Assembly: GCA_013239625.1 (NCBI GenBank)
Contig: MU053561.1
Coordinates: forward strand, 3,302,283-3,366,282
Length of the DNA stretch: 64,000 bases
Reading direction: 5' to 3'
DNA from: Lama guanicoe
Lineage: Eukaryota
The notes under the pieces were generated by a model. It was not told where the DNA came from and made no database searches. It was given only the letters and a program-made list of their open reading frames with translations. The position numbers were made by a program, and so were the translations under genes. Shown here one piece after another: positions 12,561 to 26,159 of the stretch (its first letter is position 1; each line of letters opens with the position of its first letter).

Positions 12561-15500
12561 CATGGGAATGAATATGGGTTTTATACTCATTTTTGGTACT
12601 TTCTTTTACCCATGCTCACTTTACCCTCAAGACATCCCTCTAGGAGAGGAAGGAGAGATTCTTTTCTCCCCAGCACCTCTTCGTACAGGTTAACTGCGCA
12701 TCACAGCTGGCAAGTGGCAGCAGGGGGACCTGACCACACAGAGGCTTTAGTGACCCTAAGGCCGTGTTCTTTCTCCTATATTTACACCTCCAGGACTAAA
12801 CAAACCTGAAATCGTCCTTGTTATCGAGAGGGGAGGGGGAAATAAAAAAGAAAAACTTGGAAAATGAATAGAGTCATGACAAGGGGGACGTTGTAGTGAT
12901 GCTTTTGTTAGACAAATTAAATAAAAACGCACACAAATGAAGCAGAGATGAAAGAAAGGAAGCTCCATGCAGCCCCAAAAGGACCAAACAATAACAATCA
13001 GCCTGCTGTCCACAGAGAAGGACAAACCTGTAGTTAGAAGCTCCCTTGGAAGTTAAGGCCAGGAGACTGGTGTAGGGAAATGAACACTTTCAGCTTATCC
13101 CAGATCGGGTGCAAAAAGAAAGACAGGGAGAGAGAAGGGAAGAGGGCCATGGGGCCAAGGGCCGGATCAGAGTCTGCAAAGACTGTGCAGTGCTCATGAA
13201 AATGGTTCTAAAGATGAACATGGTTTGCTAAGACCATAACCTTTTCATTCTTATAACCACAAGTCAGGGAGCCAGTGTGTTCCAGAGGACTGTTCATGAA
13301 GCCAGGATACAGTCGGATGAGAGGAGGGAAGGTGCCCATTTGCTGCAGATCTTCCTTCTCCCTTGCTTCCCGAGCCGCTGTAAATCTGAAGGAGGCTCTG
13401 CTGAGACCCACTGAGGAGACAAGCCATTTTCGTCTGAAGCAGCCTCCTGAAGTGATACCGAAGCCAGGAGTCAACCCACCTACCAGCTGCCCCGCTCCCT
13501 GTGCCTTGCACGGTCTGGCTGGTCCGCCTTCTCTGCAAAACCCCTCCCAGGCACCAGCCACTCTCTGGATGGGTGGGAAACCTGAAAGCTCTCTGGGCAT
13601 CAGTTTCTCCAACTTCTGTTGTTGGTGCGTGTGGCAGGGGCCTGGGAGTTTACGGGATGAGAAGAAAGCTTGAATCAGGAGGCGCAGCTGGTTCACAGTC
13701 TTGTGGGGTTGGGGCATGATGGACATGGAGGAGACTGGGACCTGGACCTGCCTCCTTCCTCATCCCCTGCAACACAATTATAGAGTTCAATCTCAGAAGT
13801 ACAGAATGCAGAGAAACTGGCCCTTCTCACAGTCCTTGAGCTTCCCAAGTATAGACAGTCACCCCACTAATTGAAGAAGCTGGACCTAAGAAGCAGGCAG
13901 CATGGGTCCTGCACCAACTGGAGGAATCAGGTCCCCAGGGACGGCTGTGCTATCAGCAACATCACTGGGGCTCTGGCATATCTGGGACTTGCTTTGCCTC
14001 TGATAGTAACTGATAGTAACTTTCTGCTGCTTTCTCATTGGTGATGTTCTTCATCACCCAGCAAAACCTCCTAATTTCCCAAGTCAGCTGTCTGCTTGCA
14101 CTGGGAGAGGCAGGGAGGAAATCTGTGCCCTGACTGCATGCTCTGCAGTGACAGAGACAGGAGCCAGGTCTGTCCACCCCAGACCTCAGTGCCTCAGACG
14201 TCTGTCGCCCTCTGTAACTCTCTGTTGATCGGTCTCTGGGGAAAATCTGGTGGGTATTTTGCTCTTCATTGGAGAAGGGGTGGCTGCCAAGGCAGCTGGG
14301 CATGGGAAGGAAAGAATGCTGTGAAAATCTGAGAAACAAGAGAGGAAGCTGGGCCTCTTACACTGGAAGGAAGTAAGGATGGGAAGGAGTAGAAGGGAAG
14401 AGTGAGAAGTGGGCACCATGGAGAGGGGATGGGAGATGGCATTCCTGCCTTGAAGGGTATGAGAGACTTCGAGTAGATTCACAGAGGGGACCAATTAAGG
14501 CCTGGGATGGTGCCAGTGGTGAGTGTAATGAGGGGTCCCAGGGCTAGGTGCTTGCCTGGGACAGGCAGCAGAAGGAGCATTTAGAATTCTGTTTCATTTG
14601 CTCTCCATTCCCAGTCTTCCAGCAACACTGGCATGTCCTGACTTCACCCACTGGGAGTAGCGCTTGTCCATGGGTTAGGGATGTTTCGGTTGGTGCCTTT
14701 TTTTTCAAACCAGCTGCTGAAGAAAAGGTGCAGGGCTCAACCCACGTATTTGAGAATGGCATTTGCTTGTGGAGAAGGAACCTTCTGCTCCTTGAAACTG
14801 CAAAACCTACTTTGAGGTGTGCCCTCATGGGGTGCACAGTTTTGTATTCAGTAAGTTCAACTAGGAAGCAAAAGCCATCACGCTGTTTGGATTTATTGGT
14901 AATTTCATTTTTAAGCCAACATTTGTAAAGTGCTGTGTAATTTTAAACAATCTGATACATGATCCACTTGGTTCTTGAAATAACTTTACTAGTTCTATTT
15001 TATTAGGTAAAATGGAGGTCTTAAAAAAGATTCAGACAAGGTCACACAGCTAACAAGTGTCCATCCAACTTCTTGATTTCGCTGTTCTGTTTTGCTTATT
15101 TCCTCACATGTAATCTTTTTTTCCCATCACGATACCCATCAAGGATATTACAAGGCTATAGCTTAGAGCCCTTGGATAAATGTCAGGGTATCAAGGAATC
15201 TCCCAAAATTATTTGCAGATTTTGCAAAAGAGTGCACATTGGCTCTTTTTCTGGGGAGGAGGGGTCCATCCACAGTTTGAGCAGATTCATGAAAGTGTTC
15301 ATGACACACAAAATATTAAATAGCACATCATAAAAAGAAAAGCTATATTGCTGAACACTTCTTTTCATCCAATACCTAACCCCCCCATACACTCCAGTGC
15401 AAGTATGACAGCCTCCAAACTAAGCCATTTTTAATTATTCCAAATATTTGGCACAGGGCTGCATAAAACATTCAGATTGATTGAATCTTCACTTTTATTG

Positions 15501-15739
15501 GAATGTTTTGGCTCTGTGTAAATGCAACCTATCTCTCTCTTGTTCTGATTGCTCCCCCCGTGTCTTTTTCTTCCTATTTCCATCCACAATGAGGAGGGGA
15601 GATGGCAGACAGGCAGGAGATGATGATTCTAGTCCTCTTTAGAATGCTGTCCTTCAGCCTCTTTAACAGACACTCTTGGTTTCCCACCCAGAATCCCTGT
15701 TTGTTTGTTTCTCCTCAGTGTGGTCATGAACTTTCCTGA

Positions 15740-16210
15740 ACTTGGCCGTATTCCCAGGCCTAGCACATCAATCTTGATAATCTCACCAATCATGGTAATT
15801 TTATTCTCCTTGCTAAGAATTGGCTTAAGAAGAAACATGTAACCCAATTCTGGTTAATGAGATTGGAGGGTAACTCTTCAGGGAAAGATTTTAGCTTTTT
15901 AAAGAACTACAAAGAGTATAGAGGTCTCTCTTCTACCTTTGAACATGGTTGCACACAGATATGATCCTTGGAGCTGTGGCAGCCATCTTGTGCCATGAGG
16001 AGAAATGACTGACAGAGTGAAGATGGATGAGCAGAAAGTACAGAAAGACCCCAGGTCTCTGATGAGATTGTTGAAATATTAAGTTAACCAACCAAGGAAC
16101 TGCCTTCCTTCTAAACTCTGTGTTATGGGAGATAGCAAATGATCTCATTGGTTAAGCCATTTTGAATCGAGTTGACAGTGACTTGTTGGCAAAATCATCC
16201 TAATTAACAT
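15740..16210 (+). mobile_element. Old MLT1 (J/K/L-like) MaLR LTR
   Basis: ggagctgtggcagccatcttgtgccatgagg...ggtctctgatga...ttaagccattttga...cctaattaaca. Confidence 0.65.
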
Positions 16211-17149
16211 AAGTACCTTGCTATGGAACTACCTTCTATGGAATGCAAATGAGATCATTTGCTCTTTTTGAGAGAGACTCATAGAGAATACAGAGCCAGT
16301 GTAACTGGGTGAATAACCAAAATAGGAGAGTTTAGGTAAGATCTTATGAATTAACCTATATAACCCCGAATTCCAAATTTTAGGAGATTTTTGAAATAAT
16401 TAAGGTGAGTTTTAGACTCTGACCAATGGACCCCTATAGTTATGTGGGGATGCTTTAGAAACCTACAGACAGTTGACTCAAATTCATTTAGAATTGTGTT
16501 CTACAATTTAAAAATTCTTCAATTACAAAAAAAAATGCAGGTAAATATTTCACACACCAAATGTTTTTATACGGGAGACAACCAAGATATTAAATTGTGC
16601 TTCCAGCTTTGCAAGCTTCTGTGCATACAGCTCCTGCCATAAATATTTTGTAAACATTCATTGATTTAGAATGTGCAGCTCTGTACTGGTTCTTTCTATA
16701 TTACTATTATTACCTAAACGCTGGCCTTCCTAAGTCTGCTTGCATAAAATCATACATGTGAGTGTCAAGTAGAGCACGCATGGGCCCTGTGAAATCAAGT
16801 GTCAGGTGAAATATACTTTTGCTCGGCCCCGTATGGTGGTGGTACAATAATAAGTTTTAAACAATCGGGCAAGTGTTGTGATGCAAAGACTGTGTCACAT
16901 TATGTATAGTTTTAGCACCTACTGTACAGTCTGAAGGCTTTTCTCTTCCTTTTATAGACAACAAGCTCACCTTGGCAAGGTGAAGCTTCTAGGTTAATCC
17001 TAGATACCTGGTCAGGACAGACATTCGACCTAAAATATATATTCAGTGTTCCAAGCCAAATAAATTTGTCTATTTTAAAATGTTGAGTAAATAGCTGACA
17101 GAGACAGGCAATGGAGAACCTGGGACATCACTGACATTTTGTAATTGCT

Positions 17150-17350
17150 AGTAAGTTGTTATGATGTATCCAGCGCCGTTCTAAGGCCCCACCTGTACTG
17201 ACTGATGTAAACCACCCAACAACCTTATAACATCGGTACTATTTATGTCCCGCATTTATAGATGAAGAACCAAGACCACGGAACTGGGCCAGCAAGTGGT
17301 AGCTCAGCATTTGAACCGACAAAGTTTGCCTCCAGAATCTGGACTCTTAC
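17150..17350 (-). mobile_element. MIR SINE
   Basis: caacaacctta...catttatagatgaagaacc...atttgaacc antisense MIR core. Confidence 0.65.
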
Positions 17351-17603
17351 TGCATTGTATTTCCCTTTGAACAATGAAGATTTTCTGGACAGACTGGATG
17401 TTTCCCAGTTAAGGAAGGAGAGCAGGTCTTACCTGCTGTTATTGCTCCACTTTGAAGGGAGATTGTCCTCACAGCCTTCTTTCACACTTCTGGACCTGAA
17501 ATTGCAGGGTGAAAAACTTATATATTTGCAACCACTTATTTGTATGAATTAAGATTCTCTCAATACTGTGCAACTAACACAAAATTTAAAAAGACATTGA
17601 ATG

Positions 17604-18150
17604 AGCATCATTCACGGTTGCCAAGATATAGAAGCAACCTAAGTGTCCACTGACAGCTGAATGAGTAAAGGCAATGTGGTGTATGTATACAATGGAATAA
17701 TACTCAGCCATTAAAAAAGAATAAAATTGTTTACAATTGGTTGTCTACATTTGCAATAACATGGATGAACTGGAAGGGTATTATGCTTAATGAAATAAGG
17801 CAGAGAAAGACGAATACTATATGATATCACTTACATGTGGAATCTAAAAAGTAAAATAAACTAGTGAGTATAACCAAAAAAATAAGCAGACTCACAGATA
17901 AAGAGAATGAACTAGTGGTTACCAGTGGGGAAAGGAAAGGGGGCAGGGACGAGATAGGGGTAGCAGATTAAGAGGTACAAATCACTACATATAAAATAAA
18001 AAAGCTACAAGGATATAATGCACAGCACAGGGAACAGAGCCAATATTTTATAACTATAAATGGAGTATAACCTTTAAAAATGGTAAATCACCATACTGTA
18101 TACCTGTAACTTATATAATATTGTATATCAACCATACTCAGTAAAAAAAA
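17604..18150 (+). mobile_element. 5'-truncated L1 3' end (mid-age)
   Basis: gccaagatatagaagcaacctaagtgtcc...gcagactcacagata...tggttaccagtgggg...A-tail; imperfect TSD aaaaa(ga/tg)ca(t/c)tgaatg. Confidence 0.85.
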
Positions 18151-18379
18151 TGCACTGAATGGTGAGGCTGATATAAGACTGCAACTGCTACTGGTTTCCC
18201 TTGTTTTCAAATTTTATGTATTCATTGGACAAACTTCTTCTTATCTATTAGTGACAAGTAAATGTTACAAAACTCAACTTCTAAAGTGGATTTATGGTAA
18301 TGTCCACCTCTGTCCTATTTAATAGACGTGGACCTGTCCTTCCTGTTTTGGGCAATGACCTTTGAAAGGTTCCACAGCT

Positions 18380-18790
18380 AGTTGAGAGCAAATATTAGAA
18401 AACCACTTAGGAGCAAGGAATAGAAACTCACTGGCTTAAACAAAGAGGGGTTTGTTTCTCCCACACAACAAGAAGTCAGGAGGTAGGTGGTGCTGGGGAT
18501 GGTCTGGCGGCTCAGCAACACGAGGGCCAGCGCCTCTGTGACTCTCTTGGCCTTTCCATTACGGGCACAGAAAGACTGACATAGGTGCAGCCAACACATC
18601 CACCCTCCAGACGGGAAGAGGGGCCAGGGCAGCACCTGCGTCCTCTTTCCCTTCCATCAGGAAAGCAAAATGTTCACAGAAAATCCCTGCAGGCTTCTGC
18701 TTACGTCTCATGAGCCAGAACTGTCACCTGGTTACTTCCAGTGCAGGGAAGCTGGAAAAGTACTTAGCTTCCGTGGGCTTTCTAAACAAG
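18380..18790 (-). mobile_element. Old MLT1 MaLR LTR fragment
   Basis: ctggcttaaacaaagaggggtttgtttctc...aagaagtcaggaggtagg...gccagaactgtcac...gcagggaagctgg. Confidence 0.6.
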
Positions 18791-20099
18791 GTGGGAAGAG
18801 AAATGAGGTTCGGAAGGGACGCTGAATCAGCAAATGTACAGCAGCTACCACAAAGAAAATCAAAGACCTTCCAGGTTACCTTGGGCAAATGGTCCTTTAG
18901 GGGACCCTACAGTACTGGCTTTGAGGGATTTAATAAGTAGGACACCCAGGCACCCATTTTAATACATTTGATTAATTGCTTATTATGCATCTAACACTGT
19001 ACTGGGAGCTGGGGAGTCTCAGAGGTTTGGCTGTAGAGGCTTCCTCCATCTGAAGAAGGAGATGAGCTCGCTAACCAATTTTTCACAGTGCTAAGTAATC
19101 ATGGGAAATTCTCAATCTCCATTTTTGAACAAAAGGATTAGATCCTTAAGGACATTTCAAAATCTACAGTTCTCTTATTTTGTATAAATAATCACTTATT
19201 AAGATATTCTCTGTCCCTGCCTCGGTGTCACTGTCAATGTTACCATCAACAACATGTAACAATCCATATTCTTCCAGCAGCTTAAGTGTCTCAGCATTAA
19301 TTTGAGATGATGGGAGCAACCAGAATGTTACACGGGAATCATATTTTCATGGGAAGCAGTGCTGTATGCTTCAGAAGCAAAGACAGATGGCAGAAACTTA
19401 AAAAAGAAAGGAAAAAGTCAACATTAACAGAAAATAAGAATTTAGAATATGAAGCTAGTATCAATAAGCAATTAACAAAAATGAATTTCTGTCCTTCTAA
19501 GATTCTATCACGGATTAGTCCCCCTTTCAGGAACAAGTGGTAAACCTGTTTCTGAAGGTGGCTGCTCTTTGTACAACCTCAGGTGCTTTCCCTGAGCGAC
19601 CACCTAGACCCAGTCCTTCATACAGTCAATAAGTCTTCAGTGAACACCTATTATGTTCCAAACATTGCAGTAGGTCCTCGGGACATTAACATGCAATAAG
19701 TCTTAGTCCCTTACCTTGGGATGCTTACATCTACTGGAAGAGATGGATACTTTGACTAAAATCTGAAATTCACTGGGACAAGCTGCCATAACAGAACTGG
19801 CAACCAAGTGCAGGGGAAGTCCTGCAGCGATCAGGGTCAATCATGCCTGATGCAGGTATGGGGCAGGGAGGGAGAGGGTGGTGGAGGAATGGGACGAGTC
19901 TTCACAGGCAAAGGAAAGGTCACTTTTGAGTGGCGGGACAAGTGCAAAGGCATGGAAATACGTTTGGAAATTTGCATGTCATTTTGTGCACCTCCTGGAA
20001 TACAGAGTACACAGAGAGGAGGAGGAATGGTGAGTGAAGCATTCAGAGAGTTTAGGTCATTTTGAAAGTGTTTTGGATACCTTACACACAAAATAATAG

Positions 20100-20652
20100 G
20101 TTAGCAAATTAAAGCTGGATATTGGTTTTTCTTGGTTTCTTTTTGCAGCCAGCTTTTATTTCTACCATCTTTGCCCATTACTCCAGAGGCTGGAAGCCTG
20201 GGAACTACTCGCCCCATGCTCCTTTATCTCCAGGGCTTTGAACTCCATTAACATTCAGCCAATGAGATGCACTTGTTTACACTTAGGGATGGAAGGGAGT
20301 CAGAAGCAAGCTGTGTTATTCTGTCTCTGGCAGTGGCTTGTGTGTGTTTAGGCTTTGGTCCAAACAAGGATTTACAAAGTTCTCAAAGCACCCTGTCAAC
20401 CACCCCCTTCACTGCCATAGGACAGCTGTGATCATCAGTGGTGGCTTCCTGCAGTTTCCTGACCTGGATGGCAACAACAACTTTCTAGTTTGTAGGACCA
20501 CAGTTGCCATGGTGAACCTAAAAGCTAGCAGCAGCTCTCACTACTCTCACTTCCCCAATAGTTTTGTAAGCATCTAATCCCCTCTATTAAATCTCTCTGC
20601 TTGAAATACCTAGAGCAATTTCTCTTTTCCTGACTGAACACTGACTGATACC
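20100..20652 (+). mobile_element. ERVL LTR33-like solo LTR
   Basis: gaggctggaagcctgggaactac...agccaatgagatgcac...attaaatctctctgcttgaaatacctagag...cctgactgaacactgactgata 3' end. Confidence 0.7.
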
Positions 20653-20799
20653 ATATCAACATAAATGAAGGTAAAGGACAAAACCATCCTTATTTACAGT
20701 TAATATAATTCTTTACATAGAAAATCTACAATTAATATTTTAGAACTGAAAAGAACATTCACCAGGTTTGCTGGGTATGAAGATTAACATGTAAAAAAA

Positions 20800-21910
20800 T
20801 CCACTGCACATGCTGCAAACCTGGAATGTCATCCTTGATTCTTTCCTCTCCATATCTCCCGCATCAAATCAATCATCAAATCTTGTTGATTACACCTACT
20901 CAATATTTCTAAAATGTATCAACACCTCCTGCCCCCTGCCACCAACCACCCCATCCAACATTTTCCTCCTAGATTACTTAGTCCATTTGGGATGCTATTT
21001 AAAAAATGCCATAGACCAGGTGGCTCATAAACAAGAGAAATGTTTTTCTCCCACTTCTAAAGGCTGGGGAGTTTCAGATCAAGGTGCTGGCAGATTGCAC
21101 GTCTGCTGAAAGACTATCTCCTGGCTCACAGACAGTTGTCTTTTCACTGAGTCCTGACATGGCTGATGGAAATACAGAGCTCTCTGAGGCCTTTTTTATA
21201 AGGGCACTAATTTTATTCATGATCTAATCATCTCCCCACCTCCAAGTACCCTCACATTGGGAATGGGTTTCAACACAAGAATTTGTGGGGGATACAAACA
21301 TTCTATCTATAGTAATTACCATAGCAACCTCCTAAATGGTCTTCTGAACACAGTTTTACCTTCTTGCATTCCTCACAGCAGAGCTCGAATGGTCCTTCTA
21401 AAACATAAATTCAATCCAGGCACTCTCCTGCTTCAAAGGCTCCTCACTGCTCTTCGGAATAATTCCAAACTCCTAAACACAGTTTACAATGTCCTTCACA
21501 ATCTTCCCCCATCTACTTCTCTCACTTTCTTTCTTTCTGAACCACATTTGCCTCTTGAGAGCTCCAACCATACTATACCTTGTTCACATTCTCAAATAAG
21601 CCTTTTCATGAGCAGACGGCTTCAACTAGGAGATGGCAGCCTCCTCCAAAGCCTCCCTGGCCCCTTTAGCTCCTAATCAACCTTCAGGCTTGGGATTGGG
21701 CCTCACTTTCTCTGACTTGGTAAACCAGGCCAAGAGCCCTGCCAGGCGCCCTCATCACTCCCTGGACCCCCAGCCCCATCGTGGCACGCACCATGCTTTA
21801 GTGCAATTGCCTCTTTAATTGTTCTCCTTCAGCCAACCCTAAACTCCACAAAGGCTGGGAGTGTGGGCATCACTGCGTCTCTAGGGCTGGCCTATTAAAT
21901 ATTTCCTGAA
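20800..21910 (+). mobile_element. L2 fragment, interrupted by an MLT1A-like LTR
   Basis: aaacctggaatgtcatccttgattctttcctctc...acctcctaaatggtc...aaactccacaaaggctggga L2 3' region. Confidence 0.6.
20975..21313 (-). mobile_element. MLT1A-like MaLR LTR
   Basis: ttagtccatttggg...ccatagaccaggtggctcataaacaa...agatcaaggtgctggcaga...tttataagggcactaat...ttcaacacaagaatttg-gggggatacaaacatt. Confidence 0.8.
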
Positions 21911-22084
21911 AATAAACCCCTATTCAAGGCCCTTTGCAGAGGTTGGATTAAAGGATGAGGGGGTTAAGGGGAAAGGGCAGACTAGGGCAAAGACCACCAA
22001 ATCTCTACTGATGGGTTATTGTCCTGCACAAGCCGCCTCAGAGGACAACAGCGAAGTGTATTCACATCTCAGTGAACTCCAAAA

Positions 22085-22412
22085 TGAGGTGAAGTACTTG
22101 CCTTGGGTGCAAAATTTAGGGAGGTACCAAAAAGCTCAGGAATCAAGATATAGAGAGGACTTTAATGAATGTGAGAGCTGTATCAGAGCTGGAGGCGAGA
22201 GGGAGAAAATCAGGAGAAATGCTGATCTTGTCTATCTTTAAAATGTGTCTATTTTGTCTGTTTTGTTCTTCAAAGAGTTTTTGCATTAATTTTGATTTTT
22301 TAAAATATTGCATTAAAATCCTATTTCTTCTACTGATTACTGAGACTTTGGCATGCTCTTAAATTCTGTACCTCGAAGGAAGTTCATCACTCACCTAACC
22401 GTAGCCCTAGCT
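22085..22412. mobile_element. MER96-like hAT MITE remnant (quasi-palindromic)
   Basis: Left arm cttgccttgggtgcaaaatttagggaggtaccaaaaagctcaggaatcaag is an imperfect inverted copy of right arm tgattactgagactttggcatgctcttaaattctgtacctcgaagg. Confidence 0.65.
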
Positions 22413-23639
22413 CTAGAGGATCGGTAGGGGGTTTTAAAAAACTCTCATGGGGAGGCTTTTTCTGTTTCCTTGTTCAGTATAATGTTTGCTGTGACGGTTT
22501 TATTTTGTTTTACTACATCCTTTACAAATTAAGAGCTTTCCTTTTATTCCTAGCTTACTAAAACTATTTATTAGGAAATGGTTGTTGAGTTTAGTAAGTG
22601 CTCCTTAAGCATCTGTCAAGATGATCATATGGTGTTTCCCCTTTAAGAATGTAATGAATTACATAGATAACAATAGGTAAAGTTTTTCCCAACTTTTTAT
22701 CACTTAACAATAAGCAGATCTATGGTGCAATTCTTTTCTATCATTGGAATTATAACCTTAGATCAAATCCCCCACTAACGGTCTGATAAATGGAATGAGT
22801 AAGTTGCCATTTTGTTTTTAGCCCTTTCATTTTAAACTTTTCCCAAATGAAGCACTTTCTGAAAATGCTACTATAAAGAGTAACAGTCTCCCTTCTCTAG
22901 CAATCTGGGGACATTTGACACATCTTCACTTCCTAGTGCCTCTTATTTTCTGTCACAGTTTGTGCTTGAGTGAAGGGCTGGCGGTACTGACAGCACAATG
23001 ACCGTTAAACTGATGGGAACTTTCATACCTTTTATGGGAAATAAAAGAAAATCTCCACATATGGCAGGATTCTGTCAGGGGGATTTACTCCCGGAGAGTG
23101 GCCTAACGTGTCTGAGCGCTACAGAAAAATAAAGTCAGGGTTTAGGTATGAGAAGACGAAGCCAACTCTTTAATGTCTTCTCTTCATCTCTTGGCTAAGA
23201 ATATAAAGAGCGAATTATTTCATGACTGACTCACCACGGGCAGTCCAGCCTCTTCTTTCTTTTCTAGGAGGACCTGTTGACTGTTCATGAAATTGGGTAA
23301 GTCAACTTGAAGTCTCACATCGGAATGAAACAGCTGCACGTGGTAAAGCCAAGAAAGTAAATGAGATTGTCCAGAAGGAGCGTGGACAGTGGTTGTGACG
23401 GTGGTTGGGGATGTAGACTAGACCAGAGTGTAAACTTCATGAGGTCAGGTGCCTCCTCTGTCTTCATGGCTGTATCTGCCACACTCAGCACAGGAATACC
23501 CAGTAAATACCAAGCAATGGATAAAAGAACGAACCATTAAATCCTGCCAGACCCCAACGTCAACGACTAAGCTAAGGGGAGGAAGAGGGGAGAGGATCAG
23601 AAACTCCAGCAACATGGTGTCAAAAATGCCAAAGGAAGG

Positions 23640-24120
23640 ATGTTCTAAGTGAAGGGAAGAGACAACATTGTCTTAAATGTTTCCAAGAAGTCAGAGCAAT
23701 TACAAAACAGTTCACTGGAAGCCAAAAAAGAAAAGCAACACAGCGAGGACTTAAAAAACGGTGGTTTTGATGTTGCTGTTGTTGTTCAGTGCATGGCATG
23801 CAGTTCAGAGGGAGGTAGTCTAAGACAGGGCAGTGGCTCAACAATCCCAGAAGAGAACCAGCTCCTGTTTCTCTGCCATTGCAGTGTGCTGGATTTCCTC
23901 CTTGTGTCACAAGATGGTTGCTGCACCTCAGGGTATCATGTCTACGTCCACAGCGGAAAGAGGGTGCATGAGCAAAAGGGCAAGGAGCAGGTCAGCTGAG
24001 TCTGTCCTTTCTGCCTCAGGAACACCAAAACTTTCCTAGAAGAAGCTTTTCTTTTCCTTTCTTTGATGAGAGCTAGGTCACATGGTCGCCTTTCAATCAC
24101 TTCCTAACCAAAACTCTTGA
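23640..24120 (-). mobile_element. Old MLT1 MaLR LTR fragment
   Basis: gtcacaagatggttgctgcacctcagggtatcatgtc...gagctaggtcacatg motifs. Confidence 0.55.
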
Positions 24121-24125
24121 GATTC

Positions 24126-24590
24126 TGTTAACCAGCAAGGGCTCGCTACATGCATAGAAGCCAATACTATGGCACTAGCTTTTAAGAAAAGAAATAACTT
24201 TATACAAGGTCGACCTACAAGAAGACAGGAGACAAGGCTCTCAAACCTGTCGCTTTGACCCAGGGTTAAGGACCATTTTTAAGAGGTTAGGAGAATTTCA
24301 CCCTTGGAAGCTGATTGGCTAGTCTTGGATTAGTCCATACGAGCTACCCCTGCTGCTGGAAGCCAGATGTTCCTTACTGAAGGACTTCTTGCTTCTTAAA
24401 GGGCTCCAGTGGCAACATTTCTATCCTCTGAGTTCCGCAGACTGAAGACTCTTGGTTCCAGGTCATCCTGGAGACCTGGGTTCCCATCTTGCACATGCGT
24501 AATGCTGTCTCTGTAAAATAACTCCAGGTTTGATTAATCAACAATCTATTTAAGGAGGAAAAAACAGTTGAAACTGGTCAATGTTTTACA
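24126..24590 (-). mobile_element. Probable ERV solo LTR inserted in MLT1
   Basis: TG...CA ends (tgttaaccagcaagggctcgc...gaagccaatact...gttttaca) and ERV1-LTR-like text; no clean TSD seen. Confidence 0.55.
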
Positions 24591-24767
24591 TGTTTTAATC
24601 AATCAGAGTCATTCTCTGCAGCTGAGGAATGGCCTCTCCCTGAGATCCGGGGTCTCCAATGGTGACTGAAAAAAATGGAATTTTGTTGGAGGGAGTGAGG
24701 AAGAATGCATGCCGCATAGACACTGGATGATGTCTGCTATTGACGTTACATTTTTGAAGGACCCAGA

Positions 24768-24946
24768 CAGGATCGGCTGCATAATTTGTGGGAGTTGAGT
24801 GCAAAATGAGAATTTAAGACTCCCCACTCAAAATGTATTAAGAATTTCAAGACAGCAACAGTGGAGCATTAAACCAAGTGTGGGCTCTTCTGAGTGCAGG
24901 GACCCTGTGCAAATTCATTTATCCCATGTCCATGAAGTCAGCCCTG
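24768..24946 (+). mobile_element. MER45A-like hAT MITE
   Basis: TIRs caggatcggct... / ...agtcagccctg, ~180 bp, 8-bp TSD gacccaga / gacccaaa (7/8 match). Confidence 0.85.
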
Positions 24947-26159
24947 GACCCAAAGCTGTCCATTGAACTGTGCAGTTCAGAGATCATTGGTCAATTCAGG
25001 TGAAGTGAGGAGAAGAGGGGAAGAGAACACAGCAGGTTGAGAAGAGAAGGGGAGGTGAGAAAGTAGAGATGGTGCCAACATTCCTTGGAGAAAATAGACA
25101 TGATGCAGTGGGAGAAAGCTGGCTAAATACAGAGAGAGACAAGACAGTGGGCACAGGCTACAAGCCCCCAGCAAACCACTGCCCAGGCATTTTCTGTCCC
25201 TCTTTCCTGAACCAGCTCCCATTGGAGCCTGGGGGTGACTTTCATGTAGGGCAGGTCGAGAGGGGCTGGGGCTGAGTGCTCCACTCACCCTTATCAAGGG
25301 ATGTGCCACCAAATCAGGAGATTGTGGATGCAGAGGAGACAGCCCTGGGCTAGAAAAACTGGGTTCAAATCCTAGTCTTCCAGGGACTAGCAAAACTGAG
25401 TCTCTGTCTCTGAGTTAGCTCAACTGTCAATAGAGGAGAGCAAAACGTGTGTCACATGGTTTATATGAGGGTGACTTGCTACAGAGGGAAGGCACGGTTG
25501 TTGCCCTTTGAGCAGACACCCTCCACCCAGAGCTTGGGCATCCCCCTTCCTGCCCATCCATCCACAGTACTGACCCTGACCCCCCAATACTAGTTCTAAG
25601 AGGGGGAATAAATTTTAAGAGATTTTCTTAATTATATAATAATACCAACAGTACAAGTAGTATGTGGGATGGTTCAGGGATGGGAGGAGAGGGGAAGGAA
25701 GAGGTATACCTGTTTGTTTATGTAAACTGACTCTGTTCGCTCCCACCCCTTCCCTTTGCCATCCATTCGAGGCTTGAGCTCAGGGTTCATGCCATTTGGT
25801 GATGTAGTCAGTGTTTCAGTGATGTCACCCCCATCAGTGTCAGGAGACATAAATTTCATTTCCCAGAAGATGCAGCAGACAATAGCTTCTGGGCAAACGG
25901 TGACTCTAGCAATAAATATTGGCAAAGGAGAGAGACCTTTAATGGAAAAGCTTTGCGAACCTAGAGTAGCCAGGCTATAAATCCCAAAACAGAGGGATTT
26001 AATACTTTAGTTGGAAGACAGAGTCATCAGAAGCAAAATAAATAATTCCAAAGCCCACTTGAAGCAATCAACTATTAAAATCTAAGTATTAAATAAAAAC
26101 TACAACTAACTGAGGTTAAAAAAACATGGAAATTAGGCAGAAGCCCCTTATCTAGGAAG

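Noticed and set aside
13208..13726. 172-aa minus-strand ORF and overlapping 132-aa plus ORF in unique sequence
   Set aside because: No recognisable domain and no convincing exon chain; open frames on both strands fit moderately GC-rich non-coding DNA. It cannot be fully excluded without a homology search.
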